Source: Methanomassiliicoccaceae archaeon
Lineage (GTDB): Archaea > Thermoplasmatota > Thermoplasmata > Methanomassiliicoccales > Methanomassiliicoccaceae
NCBI GenBank assembly: GCA_963728405.1
Contig: CAVSJV010000005.1
Location: forward strand, 416,001 to 480,000
DNA length: 64,000 nucleotides
Direction of reading: 5' to 3'
The position numbers and the translations under genes are program-made. The notes beneath the pieces are model-generated. The model had not been told where the DNA came from. It searched no databases and saw only the letters and a program-made list of their open reading frames with translations. Numbering within the stretch: position 1 is the first letter of the stretch; every line of letters starts with the position of its first letter. Shown in pieces: positions 1 to 10,026 of this stretch.

Positions 1-865
1 CGATCGAGTTGGAACCCTCCACTAGTTCCCGGTATTTCCGTTCGCTTTCCTCTAACCTCTCTTGGGTCTCCTTGCGGGAGGTGACGTCTCGGCTGATGAT
101 GACCGAACCGGTGCATTTGCCCTCCGCATCATATAGGCCATTGCCCGATGTTTCTAACCAGACGTAATGTCCTTGAGCGTGAAGGAACCGGACCTCGGCT
201 TTTATCGTCGAATTCCCTAGGGCCGTCCCCATTAGTCCGTCGTATACGGATGGCATGTCATCGGGGTGTATCAGGCGGGTGGCCGTCCTCCCCATTAGGT
301 CTTCCGGCCGGTATCCGAGTATGTTATAGACGGAGGGGCTCAGGTACTGAACTACGCCCTCCGCCCCTAACTGGACCACGACGTCCCGCATGTTGTCGGT
401 GATCATCCGGAGCTTCTTGTCCCGGTCGTGCAGGGCCATTTCGGCCCGTCGGCGCTGGGCCAATTGTAGGACCACATGCCTCAGTTCCCCGAATTGAGAA
501 CGGGGGTCCCCGCCTTTCTGGAGGTAGAAGTTCGCACCGCTGTTCAGGGCCTCCATGGCCACCTCTTCGCGGCCCCTGCCGGTGAAGAGAACGAACGGGA
601 CATCGCCCCATCTCTGGCGAATCGATCTTAGAAGCGCCAAACCATCCATCACTGGCATCTGGAAGTCGGAGACGATGACCTCGTAGGATCGTTCCGTCAG
701 CTTCTCGAGCCCTTCCTTGGCCGAGGTAGCTACGTCCACGATGATGTCCTTCTCCAACTCCAGGAACGCCTTGGCCACGTCCAGAAGCATGGGCTCATCA
801 TCAATGTATAGAATAGTGGCGGGGCAGCACTCGGCCACGCCTTTCTCTCGGTTCAAGAAAGGCAT
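1..865 (-). CDS. Response-regulator receiver + PAS domain signalling protein (runs off the left edge; probably a hybrid kinase)
   Basis: Manual translation, not in the ORF track: MPFLNREKGVAECCPATILYIDDEPMLL...VIVSDFQMPVMDG...FTGRGREEVAMEALNSGANFYLQK (REC), then YLSPSVYNILGYRPEDLMG...IHPDD...GHYVWLE...SRDVT (PAS/PAC). Confidence 0.85.
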   Translation of the reverse strand, partial: MPFLNREKGVAECCPATILYIDDEPMLLDVAKAFLELEKDIIVDVATSAKEGLEKLTERSYEVIVSDFQMPVMDGLALLRSIRQRWGDVPFVLFTGRGREEVAMEALNSGANFYLQKGGDPRSQFGELRHVVLQLAQRRRAEMALHDRDKKLRMITDNMRDVVVQLGAEGVVQYLSPSVYNILGYRPEDLMGRTATRLIHPDDMPSVYDGLMGTALGNSTIKAEVRFLHAQGHYVWLETSGNGLYDAEGKCTGSVIISRDVTSRKETQERLEESERKYRELVEGSNSI

Positions 866-971
866 GGTGCTATCCTCCGGCCGACCTGCCACTCCTTTAT
901 GGGCGACCAATCGATTCCCACCCTCGGTTAATCGGATTTGGAGTAGATAATGGTCTCCGACCAAGATGGGG

Positions 972-1433
972 TCAGTATCCAGAGATCTTGCCTGAAAGGG
1001 AGTGGATCTCCACTTTGATGATCACTAGGCCATCGACCTGCTCGAGTACATAGGCCCGAGACCCCGGACCATACACCTGTTCCATCAGAAGGTCCAGGGC
1101 CGCGAGCTTCTCCTCAGGGGCATCCAGGATCGAAGCTCTTCCGGTGCCGATGACGCTCCGATATCTGGTCGCCTTGCGGCAGACCTTGTCCGCCCCGGCC
1201 GGCTGGAAGCCGTCGTAGATCGAAAAACAGACCCGGGCGGTGCGGCGGAGCACATCGACCTTGCGGCCCTCTTTGGCCGAATGGAAGTAGAGGCAATTGC
1301 CATCGTAGGCATAGGTCATCGGCACGACGTATGGGAGGCCGTCATCGACCATGGCTAGGTGGCAGACGGTATTCGACCTCAGTATGGTGTCGATCACAGT
1401 TCGGTCGGTGATCTCCCGGTCCGTTCTCCTCAT
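972..1433 (-). CDS. Pyridoxamine 5'-phosphate oxidase-like / NimA-family flavin-binding protein
   Basis: MRRTDREI N-terminus, PYVVPMTY, LYFHSAKEGRK, YRSVIGTG; start could be 1460. Confidence 0.85.
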   Translation of the reverse strand: MRRTDREITDRTVIDTILRSNTVCHLAMVDDGLPYVVPMTYAYDGNCLYFHSAKEGRKVDVLRRTARVCFSIYDGFQPAGADKVCRKATRYRSVIGTGRASILDAPEEKLAALDLLMEQVYGPGSRAYVLEQVDGLVIIKVEIHSLSGKISGY

Positions 1434-1506
1434 CGAGGGGACAATCCCTTCCCCGCTCATAGCCCTTGCCTAAGAACCGTTATGGTCCGGCGGGCGTTCA
1501 CGTCCG

Positions 1507-2169
1507 GTGATGTGGTCCCCGGAGTTCGCGCAGGCGGTGGCGGCGTTCATGCTCGTCGGAACAGCGGCCGGGGCCGTGCTCCTCTTCCGCTGGAGCGGTT
1601 TCCTGAAACCCCCTCGGTCGGTCAAGGTCATTGGAAAAGTGAACCGGGCGACCGAGGTCGCTTGGTCGCTGGCCGTGATGGCGGCCCAGTTCTGGAGCCT
1701 GGCCGTCATCATCCTGCCGCAATGGTCGTACGCTTTTCCTGCGGTAGGGGATGTACCGGACCTGGTGCAGTGGCTTGGCCTGGCCATGTGGGGTGCTGGA
1801 GGGGCGGTCATCCTGTGGGCGACCAGGGCAATGGGGGAGGCCATGAGGCCCCAGGTCCTGGTGCTGGAGGGGCAGAGATTGGTAAGGACCGGTCCGTTCG
1901 CCCGGGTCAGGCACCCCGTTTACACGGGTATCATCCTGGTGGCTCTGGGAGCCGGGTCGATCTTCCTGAGCATTCCGGCCCTGGTCGTAGCGCTGCTCAT
2001 CATTCTAATGGCGTCGTACCGGGCGAGAACGGAGGAGGAACTGCTCTCCTCCCCGGAAGCGTTCGGCGATGAGTACGCCCGATACATGGCATTGACAGGG
2101 AGGTTCCTGCCCCGGCTTCGCTCCCGCCGGGGCCGGGTCCACAGACCATGGCTCTCCTGGAGGCGATAG
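1507..2169 (+). CDS. Isoprenylcysteine carboxyl methyltransferase (ICMT/PEMT) family membrane protein
   Basis: TM helices with LVRTGPFARVRHPVYTG and RARTEEELL...FGDEYARY motifs. Confidence 0.85.
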   Translation: MMWSPEFAQAVAAFMLVGTAAGAVLLFRWSGFLKPPRSVKVIGKVNRATEVAWSLAVMAAQFWSLAVIILPQWSYAFPAVGDVPDLVQWLGLAMWGAGGAVILWATRAMGEAMRPQVLVLEGQRLVRTGPFARVRHPVYTGIILVALGAGSIFLSIPALVVALLIILMASYRARTEEELLSSPEAFGDEYARYMALTGRFLPRLRSRRGRVHRPWLSWRR

Positions 2170-2259
2170 GGCGTACCCGGATGCCCACGCCCAGTAATGC
2201 GGCTCCCGCCCAGGCCCGGTTCACCCGAGGAGGGGTCCGGTGTCGTCAGAAAGAGGCGC

Positions 2260-2598
2260 TCAGGCCCGTCGGGCGTAAACGACCGCCCTCATGGCCGGGA
2301 TCAGGATCAGGAGGGGCGTGAAGGCGAACAGGAGCAACAGGCTTGGGTTGCTGCCCAGATCGAACAATAGGGCCACGAACCCGGCGGCAAGGATGATCGA
2401 CCCCCACATCCTCAGTTGTCGCCCGCCGAAGCGATTGACATCCCGCCATTTCTCCTCTGACTCGAAGGCCCGGCGGACCCGGACCCCGTACCAGTGGTTC
2501 ATCTTGACCTGGCCCCTGATCAGGGGGCCGGCCAGGATGATGACCAGTCCTCCGACCATCACGTCCATGAGGCCGATGAGGATGCCCGGGGCGTCCAT
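2260..2598 (-). CDS. SdpI-family membrane protein
   Basis: KMNHWYGVRV...SEEKWRDVNRFGG motif between TM helices. Confidence 0.75.
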   Translation of the reverse strand: MDAPGILIGLMDVMVGGLVIILAGPLIRGQVKMNHWYGVRVRRAFESEEKWRDVNRFGGRQLRMWGSIILAAGFVALLFDLGSNPSLLLLFAFTPLLILIPAMRAVVYARRA

Positions 2599-2604
2599 CG
2601 TCGC

Positions 2605-3816
2605 TCAGGCCGCCTTTTGATAGGACTTCCACTTCTTCTCGAGATCGGGGTCCTGGATGGTGGCCAGGACATAGCGGGCGAACTCCTCCCCGGTGGCGCC
2701 GTTGGACCGCCCGGTCATGACCTGTCTCTTCTCGTACTGGGTGCAGACCTCCAGGGCCATCTCCAGTTTCTTCGCCTTTTCGATCATGCCGATATGGTTC
2801 ATGAGCATGGCGGTGGCCTTGATCATGGAGGACGGATCAGCATATTGGGCCCTGCCCTCGTCGACCATGCGCGGTGCGGAGCCATGGATGGCCTCGAACA
2901 TGGCATACTTCTTACCGATGTTGGCGCTTCCGGCCGTTCCCACGCCGCCCTGGATCTGGGCTGCCTCGTCGGTCAGGATATCGCCATAGAGGTTCGGGAG
3001 CACGATGACCTTGAAGTCCTTGCGGCGGTAGGGGTCGATGAGCTTGGCGGTCATGATGTCGATGAACCAGTCGTCCCACTGGATGCCAGGGTACTCCTTG
3101 GCCACTTGTCCGGCGAAGGCCAGGAACTTCCCGTCGGTGGCCTTGATCACGTTCGCTTTGGTAACCACGCTGACCTTATCGATACCGTTCTTCTTCGCGT
3201 AGTCGAAGGCGAGACGGATGATGCGGTCCGAGCCCTGGGAGGTGGCGACACAGAAATCGATGGCCAGGTCGTCGGTGACGTTGACGCCCCTGCTGCCTAG
3301 AACGTAGCTTCCCTCGGTGTTCTCCCTAAAGAACATCCAGTCCACGCCAATCTCCGGCACTCTGACCGGCCGAACGTTGGCGAACAGGTCCAGCTCCCGC
3401 CTCATGGCCACGTTGGCGCTCTCGATGTTCGGCCACGGGTCGCCCTTCTTGGGCGTGGTGGTCGGTCCCTTGAGGACGACGTGACATTCCTTGATCTCTG
3501 CCAGGACATCATCGGGAATGGCCTTCATGACCTTGACCCGGTTCTCGATGGTCAGTCCCTCGATGACCTTGATCTCGACCCTGCCGCTCTTGATCTCCTC
3601 CTTGAGCAGCTCTTCAAGTACGGTCCTGGCCGAGGCGGAGATGTACGGACCGATGCCGTCCCCGCCGCAGATGCCGATCTTGATCGTCGCGAGTTTGGTG
3701 TAGTCGGTCCAGTCCTGTCCGGACTTCATGGCCTCGACCCTCTTCAGCTGTTCCTCGAGGATCTTGCCGAAGTGCTCCTTGGCCTTCTCGATCGCCTTCA
3801 CATCGACCATGGTCAT
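2605..3816 (-). CDS. Isocitrate/isopropylmalate dehydrogenase family protein
   Basis: GDGIGP, LKGPTTTP, RENTEG, KANVIK, NLYGDILTD, EAIHGSAP. Confidence 0.92.
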   Translation of the reverse strand: MTMVDVKAIEKAKEHFGKILEEQLKRVEAMKSGQDWTDYTKLATIKIGICGGDGIGPYISASARTVLEELLKEEIKSGRVEIKVIEGLTIENRVKVMKAIPDDVLAEIKECHVVLKGPTTTPKKGDPWPNIESANVAMRRELDLFANVRPVRVPEIGVDWMFFRENTEGSYVLGSRGVNVTDDLAIDFCVATSQGSDRIIRLAFDYAKKNGIDKVSVVTKANVIKATDGKFLAFAGQVAKEYPGIQWDDWFIDIMTAKLIDPYRRKDFKVIVLPNLYGDILTDEAAQIQGGVGTAGSANIGKKYAMFEAIHGSAPRMVDEGRAQYADPSSMIKATAMLMNHIGMIEKAKKLEMALEVCTQYEKRQVMTGRSNGATGEEFARYVLATIQDPDLEKKWKSYQKAA

Positions 3817-3976
3817 TCCTGGTCGTTATCAGGGAACTGCTATTTTAGCAATTCCCTTGCTGGCCAGTGTGAATGATCCAGGTTCCGGGCAGCGAGTGGG
3901 CTCGGACAAAAAGGAGTGAATGATCCAACGTAAACTGGAAATGGGGGTGATGTTATTCTCTACGTGGAGGCATGGA

Positions 3977-5147
3977 ATGAAACGATTGGAGGATGTCGAG
4001 CTTCTGGACCGGAGGGTGCTGATCAGGGCGGACCTGGACGGTGCCGGGACCATCCTCGCACGAAAGCTGAAGGCCGCCACGCCGGCCATAGACCACATAC
4101 TATCCAAAGGCGGCCATCCCATAATCGCCTCGCATTGCTCGCCGATCGGAGGAGGGTTCCCCACCATGCGTTCGATGGCCGAAGGCCTATCGGCGCTCCT
4201 GGGCTGGAACTGTCCGGCTGGTGAGCGGCCCCCCGTCCTCCTGGCCGGCCGCGTTGGAAGGCGTGGCGGAAGACGAGGTGATCCTGCTGGAGAACCTGTT
4301 CATTCATCCGGGTGAAAGGGACAACGATCTCGTTCTGGCCGAGGAGCTGGCCGCTCTTGCTGATGTCTTTGTGAACGATGATTTTTCTTCGACCCCCTAT
4401 AGCCTGGCATCAACCATCGGAGTGGCCGACCGGGTAACTGAGAAGGTGATCGGGCCACGGATGTGGAGCGAACTCGACGTGGTGGATCGATCGATGAACG
4501 ATCCCCTCCGGCCATTGGTGGTCATCATCGGCGGGGACGACGCTCCCGCCAAGCTGAGGGTGGTGCGGCACTTGGTGACCAGGGCGGACCGCATATTGAT
4601 AGGGGGAGCGGTGGCCTTCACCTTTCTGGAGGCCCAGGGGATGGAGGTCGGCCTTTCCGCGGTGGCAGATGATCTGATATCGGATGCCCAAGAGATCGTA
4701 GAGATGGCCGAAGAGGAGGGCACCACTCTTGTCCTGCCGTCCGACGTGATCATGGCCAAGGCCAAGGATGCCGATGCCGAAGGGGAGGTGGTCTCGGTCA
4801 AGGACATCAATCCCCGTTGGATGGGACTGGACATCGGGCCCGTAACGGTGAACCACTTCCTGGCGGCCATCAAGGATGCCAAGACCATCATTTGGAACGG
4901 GACGATGGGGGCGTGGGAGATCGAGCAGTTCTCCATGGGCACCATGGCCATGGCCTTTGCCGTCGCCAACTCTCACGCTTACTCGATAGTGGGAGGTCGC
5001 GGAACGGTGAGCGCTCTGGAACGCTCCGGCGAGGCCGAGAAGGCCAGCTATATTTCGCTGGGAGGGGACGCTTTTAAAGCGCTCCTGTCAGGAGAACGCC
5101 TTCCCGGCGCCGAGAAGCTGGGATGGCGGCCTCGCGAACCATTATAG
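3977..5147 (+). CDS. Phosphoglycerate kinase-like protein with degenerate active-site motifs; one +1 frameshift near 4210
   Basis: RVLIRADLD, IIASH, ILLENL, DVFVND, GLDIGP, IIWNG form a full PGK layout across ORFs 3920-4315 and 4221-5147. Confidence 0.8.
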
Positions 5148-5364
5148 AATTAAAAGGTTTGAAAGGGCTCAGAGCCCGAGGTGGGCAGGGAGAGCGCACT
5201 AGTAATGCCCGCTACGGCGGACCCGATAACGAAGGACCATCGCTAGACGGGGCGTCTAGATCTCTTCGATCTGGATAATCTGAGATCATGGATCACACTT
5301 GTTCACTCGTGATCGCTCCGGCCAAGGTCGGTGACCACAGCTACCTGTAGACGCAGGAATTAAG

Positions 5365-6657
5365 GTGGGTGGGCGCGATGTCGCAAGACCAAGGGGGGGC
5401 GTGAGGGTGGAGAACGGGTGGACCAGAAGATTCTTTATCGTTTGGACCGGCCAGGCCTTCTCGTTGGTCGGGAGCGCGCTGGTGCAGTTCGCCCTCATGC
5501 TCTGGTTGGCCGTCACCACCGGTTCCCCGGTGATGCTGGCCATCGCGGCAGCGATGGGTGTACTGCCGCAGGTGTTCCTGACCCCTTTCGCCGGCGCCTA
5601 CGTGGACCGGCTGAACCGCAAGCGGGTGATGATCGCCGCTGACGCCCTGACCGCCTTCGCCACGCTTCTTCTAATGATATCGTTCGCCCTGGGCACGGTG
5701 GAGCTGTGGCAGGTGTTCTTGGCATTGCTCTTCCGGTCGGCCATGCAGGGGTTCCACTGGCCGGCCATGCAGGCCTCTACCACCCTGATGGTGCCGGAGC
5801 ACCATCTGGCCCGCATCGGCGGGCTCAACCAGACCATACTGGGCCTATCGACCATCCTGGCTCCGGCGCTGGGGGCGCTCCTTTTCGTCTCCTTGCCCAT
5901 GTTCCTGGTCCTTTCCGTCGACCTGATCACCGCAGCCGTGGCGATAGCCTCGCTGGTGGCCGTGCGAATTCCGGAGGTCCAGAGGGCGGCCGTGAGGGCG
6001 ACCACATCCGTCATCGCCGAGCTTAAGGACGCCTTTAGGTACCTCCGCTCATGGAGAGGTATGCTCGTGGTTGTGGCGATCTTCTCGGTGGTCAACTTCC
6101 TGATCACGCCGGCCTTCACGCTGTTCTCCCTCCTGACCCTCAACTACTTTGGACAAGGACCCTACGAGGTGGCCCTGGTCGAGTCGATGGCAGGAGTAGG
6201 TATGATCACGGGAGGGGTATTGCTGGGTGTGTGGGGTGGGAGCAAGAAAAAGATCGTTACCTGCATGGCCGCGCTGACCCTATCCGGCGGGGGGGTCCTA
6301 GTCATTGGGTTCCTGCCAACAGATGCCTTCCTGATCGCGGTAGCCGCAACCCTGGTCATCGGCTTGAACCTCGCCATCGTCAATGGGACGACTATGGCCA
6401 TCATGCAGAAAGGCGTGCGGGCAGATATGCAGGGTCGGGTGTTCGCGTTGTTGGGGAGCATATCGGCTGGCATGAGCCCCCTTGGCCTGGTGCTGGCCGG
6501 CCCGATCGCGGAGCTGTTCGGCATACAACTATGGTTCATCCTGGGCGGGCTGGTCATGACCATCATAGGTGCAGCGTCGTTCTTCCTGCCCCTGATCATG
6601 CGGATGGAAGAACGGGTGGCGGAGCCGGTGCAGCTGGAACCTCTTCCTCCGGCGTAG
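5365..6657 (+). CDS. MFS transporter (MefA/H+ antiporter-like)
   Basis: About 12 TM helices; WTGQAFSLVGS, GAYVDRLNRKRVMI, MQGRVFA; start may be about 5407. Confidence 0.9.
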   Translation: MGGRDVARPRGGVRVENGWTRRFFIVWTGQAFSLVGSALVQFALMLWLAVTTGSPVMLAIAAAMGVLPQVFLTPFAGAYVDRLNRKRVMIAADALTAFATLLLMISFALGTVELWQVFLALLFRSAMQGFHWPAMQASTTLMVPEHHLARIGGLNQTILGLSTILAPALGALLFVSLPMFLVLSVDLITAAVAIASLVAVRIPEVQRAAVRATTSVIAELKDAFRYLRSWRGMLVVVAIFSVVNFLITPAFTLFSLLTLNYFGQGPYEVALVESMAGVGMITGGVLLGVWGGSKKKIVTCMAALTLSGGGVLVIGFLPTDAFLIAVAATLVIGLNLAIVNGTTMAIMQKGVRADMQGRVFALLGSISAGMSPLGLVLAGPIAELFGIQLWFILGGLVMTIIGAASFFLPLIMRMEERVAEPVQLEPLPPA

Positions 6658-6712
6658 CCGTGCCTTGTTGCCCGAGATATCATCATAAAGTTCGAGAGAG
6701 GATATTATCAAC

Positions 6713-8737
6713 ATGAACGGGGAGCACGGGCCCCATCATGACATGGAAATGTCCACCCCATCGGGATCTGGGCCTCATGACGGGGGCCACATGTCAAAGG
6801 GGCACGAGGGTCATGGGTCGATGCTACTGGACCTGCGGAAGAGATTCCTGATCTGTATCATACTTACCGTGCCCATCCTCATCCTCACTCCCGAGGTCCA
6901 GGACCTGTTCGGGCTGAAACTGGACATCCCTTATTCGGATCTCCTATTGCTCGCCCTGTCCACCATCGTCTTCGCGTACGGCGGCTGGCCGTTCCTCAAG
7001 GGCCTGGTCAAGGAGCTGAGGACCCATCGTCCGGGAATGATGACCCTTATCGGTCTGGCCATCAGCGTCGCTTACATCTACAGCGCCGCCTCGGTACTGT
7101 TCCTCGGCGGGAGCGTGTTCTTCTGGGAGCTGGCCACCCTGATCGACATCATGCTCCTCGGGCATTGGCTGGAGATGCGTTCGGTGCAGGGGGCCTCGAG
7201 AGCGTTGGAGGAGCTGGCCAAGATAATGCCCGCCGATGCGGACCTCGTTAGCGGAACCGAGACCCGGAAGGTGCCGGTGGAAAGCCTGCGCCCCGGGGAC
7301 CTTGTGCTCGTTCGTCCAGGGACCAAGGTTCCGGTGGATGGCGAGGTGGTCGATGGGGAGAGCGAGGTGAACGAGGCCCTGCTCACCGGCGAATCACGCC
7401 CGGTGCCCAAGCGTCCGGGGAACGGGGTTATCGGCGGAGCTATCAATGGGGAAGGCTCCCTTACGGTCCGAGTGACCAAAACTGGCGAGGAAACGTACCT
7501 CAGCCAGGTCATCGACCTGGTCCGGAAGGCCCAAGGATCCCGGTCCCGCAGCCAGGACCTCGCCGACCGCGCCGCCCTCTCCCTAACCATCGTCGCGATC
7601 GCTTCAGGGGTGGTGACCCTCATCGCCTGGGCCCTCGTCGGCGCAGGGACCGGTTACGCCATCGAGCGGGCCGTTACTGTCATGGTCATCTGCTGCCCCC
7701 ACGCGCTCGGGCTGGCCATACCGTTGGTGGTGGCCATATCCACCGTCCTTGCCGCGCGCTCGGGCTTCCTTATCCGAGAACGGAACGCGTTCGAACGGGC
7801 CAGGAAGGTCGATATCGTCGTGTTCGACAAGACTGGCACCCTTACCGAGGGCCGCTTCCGAGTGGCGTCCATTGTGCCGATGGGGATGAGCGAGGAGGAT
7901 GTGCTCGCCATAGCTGGGGCGTTGGAATCCCGCTCCGAACATTCCATCGCCCGGGGGATCGTGGCCTCGGTGAACGAGCGAGGCATAGCCCTCCGTAACC
8001 CGGAGAACTTCCGGGCCGTTCCTGGGAAAGGGGTCCAGGGGACCGTGGATGGTATCGATTACGCCCTCCTTTCCCCGGGAGCGGTGAGGGAACGAGGCAT
8101 CACTATCGATGAAAGCGCCTTGAGCAAGGCAGCCTCTGGGGGGCGGACGGTGATCGTCCTCGTGGAAGGGACCAGGGCGTTGGGGGCTATCGCCGTCGCC
8201 GATCGCATACGAAAGGAATCGAAGGAGGCGATCGTCACCCTCCAGCGGGCGGGGGTCCGGTGCGTCATGCTCACCGGCGACAGCGCCGCGGTCGCCGAGT
8301 CGGTTTCGAGGGAGCTCGGTCTCGACGAGTTCAGGGCCGAGGTCGCTCCGTCCCGCAAGGCCGAGGTCATAAGAGAGATGCAGGACGGACAGGTGGTGGC
8401 CATGGTCGGCGATGGGGTCAATGATGCCCCGGCACTGGTCCAAGCGGACCTCGGAGTGGCCATTGGTGCCGGTACCGACGTCGCGGTGGAGTCGGCGGAC
8501 ATCATCCTGGTCAGGAACGACCCCCGGGACGTGCCGAAGATCATCGCCCTATCGACGCGGACCTATTCCAAGATGGTCCAGAACCTGCTCTACGCCACCG
8601 GCTACAACGCGGTGGCGATACCGCTGGCCGCCGGTGTGCTCGCTACCGAAGGCATTGTACTGACCCCGGCCATAGGGGCGGCGCTGATGAGCGCATCGAC
8701 CATCGTCGTGGCGATCAACGCCCGTCAGCTGCGCTAG
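6713..8737 (+). CDS. copB: Copper-translocating P1B-3 ATPase, CopB type
   Basis: His/Met-rich N-terminus, TGES, CPH, DKTGT, GDGVNDAP, YN, MSAST. Confidence 0.9.
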   Translation: MNGEHGPHHDMEMSTPSGSGPHDGGHMSKGHEGHGSMLLDLRKRFLICIILTVPILILTPEVQDLFGLKLDIPYSDLLLLALSTIVFAYGGWPFLKGLVKELRTHRPGMMTLIGLAISVAYIYSAASVLFLGGSVFFWELATLIDIMLLGHWLEMRSVQGASRALEELAKIMPADADLVSGTETRKVPVESLRPGDLVLVRPGTKVPVDGEVVDGESEVNEALLTGESRPVPKRPGNGVIGGAINGEGSLTVRVTKTGEETYLSQVIDLVRKAQGSRSRSQDLADRAALSLTIVAIASGVVTLIAWALVGAGTGYAIERAVTVMVICCPHALGLAIPLVVAISTVLAARSGFLIRERNAFERARKVDIVVFDKTGTLTEGRFRVASIVPMGMSEEDVLAIAGALESRSEHSIARGIVASVNERGIALRNPENFRAVPGKGVQGTVDGIDYALLSPGAVRERGITIDESALSKAASGGRTVIVLVEGTRALGAIAVADRIRKESKEAIVTLQRAGVRCVMLTGDSAAVAESVSRELGLDEFRAEVAPSRKAEVIREMQDGQVVAMVGDGVNDAPALVQADLGVAIGAGTDVAVESADIILVRNDPRDVPKIIALSTRTYSKMVQNLLYATGYNAVAIPLAAGVLATEGIVLTPAIGAALMSASTIVVAINARQLR

Positions 8738-8775
8738 GAAAAAGCATAATACGCCCGGTGAACCTTGGCGGAGCG

Positions 8776-9174
8776 ATGCGATGCTCCCATTGCCAGAAGT
8801 GCTGTCAGGACACCATGATGGAGCTTTGTGAGGCGGACATCGCCCGCCTGGAGCGACGCGGTCACAAGCGCCAGGACTTCTGCTATATCGGCGTGGACCT
8901 GATCCCCCGTCTGAGGAACGTGGAAGTGTGGTGCTTCTTCTATGATCCGGAAAAGAAGAGGTGCCGTGAATACTCATCGCGACCGCTGGGCTGCGCCCTC
9001 TACCCGGTCAACATCGACGAGGACGGTGAGTTCGTCATCGATGGCCTGTGCCCCGAGGCGAAGAGCATCACCCGACAAGAGCTGCAGCTCAAGGGAAAGC
9101 GGCTGAAGATGCTGCTGGACACCATCGATGCAGAGTCCCGGAAGCGGGAGAAGCAACAGGCCGGCCGTCGTTAA
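8776..9174 (+). CDS. YkgJ-family Cys-cluster (CxxCxxCC) protein
   Basis: CSHCQKCC...CFFYD...CREYSSRPLGCALYP...CP. Confidence 0.85.
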   Translation: MRCSHCQKCCQDTMMELCEADIARLERRGHKRQDFCYIGVDLIPRLRNVEVWCFFYDPEKKRCREYSSRPLGCALYPVNIDEDGEFVIDGLCPEAKSITRQELQLKGKRLKMLLDTIDAESRKREKQQAGRR

Positions 9175-9287
9175 AAGGGTCGGTCAGGGCAGGCCGATCT
9201 TTCCTCATATTATAAAAAAATCATCATTCATGTTGCCAAAATATATCAGGCCTGTTGCCATACGCTGATTAATAAAGGGATGCATCT

Positions 9288-9905
9288 ATGAAATGTAATA
9301 ATTGTGGAAATGTTAACGCCGAGGGAGCGACGTTCTGCACGGAGTGCGGCGGTCGTTTGGTCGCCGCGGCAGCTCCGGCGGTACAACCCGCCGCTCCAGC
9401 GCAGCCGGTCCAGCCGCAACCGCAGGGGCCCCCCCAGCAGCAATACGCGCCGCAGCAGTATCCCCCGGCACCCCCGCGGTATGACCAGGGGCCGTCGCAG
9501 TACGGGGCGCAATATCAACGGCCCTACCGGCAACCGAAAGTGCCGACAATAAAGAGCGTCCACCTCGGAGATGTGCTGTTCCTCATCTCCGCCGTGCTCC
9601 TGTTAGGGGTGGGGCTGGAGAACTTCAGCAACATCACGGGTTTCGTTCGCGCCCAGTACATAATCCTAGGTCTGGTGGCCATCGTGGGGGGACTCCTCAT
9701 GATGGCCATGGTCGTCATGCCCGAGCTGCTCAAGCCGTTGGAACAAAATATGGATATGCTGGTCCTGGCGTTCTCGCTGGTCTTCCTGCTCTGGGGCCTG
9801 GTGGCCACGTTCGCCAACAACGTCGGCTTCTACGGGGGCTTCTTGTTCGCCGCGGGTCTGTTCGGCCTGGCCGGTAGCGGGCTGAGGATGGGTCTGATAA
9901 AATAA
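9288..9905 (+). CDS. Zinc-ribbon, Pro/Gln-rich linker, 4-TM membrane protein
   Basis: CNNCG...FCTECG, PQ/Y-rich low-complexity linker, four hydrophobic segments. Confidence 0.85.
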   Translation: MKCNNCGNVNAEGATFCTECGGRLVAAAAPAVQPAAPAQPVQPQPQGPPQQQYAPQQYPPAPPRYDQGPSQYGAQYQRPYRQPKVPTIKSVHLGDVLFLISAVLLLGVGLENFSNITGFVRAQYIILGLVAIVGGLLMMAMVVMPELLKPLEQNMDMLVLAFSLVFLLWGLVATFANNVGFYGGFLFAAGLFGLAGSGLRMGLIK

Positions 9906-9919
9906 GCACGAAATGATGG

Positions 9920-9954
9920 CGCGGGGATCCCCGCGCCCCTTTACTTTTTTATTT
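9920..9954 (+). terminator. Probable terminator (GC hairpin plus T tract) between convergent genes
   Basis: cgcggggatccccgcg palindrome followed by ccctttacttttttattt. Confidence 0.5.
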
Positions 9955-10026
9955 CGTGGCCGATCGATGGGCCGAGCCCATCCTCGCGGCACAGGCCCTG
10001 CGATATATCGACGCGGGACCTTTTCG

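Noticed and set aside
5150-5360. Possible ncRNA or short minus-strand peptide between the PGK-like gene and the MFS gene
   Set aside because: Only short hairpins and stop-interrupted frames; no recognisable family.
9360-9540. CAG/CCG-rich repeat-like DNA
   Set aside because: Explained by the Pro/Gln-rich linker of the zinc-ribbon membrane protein.
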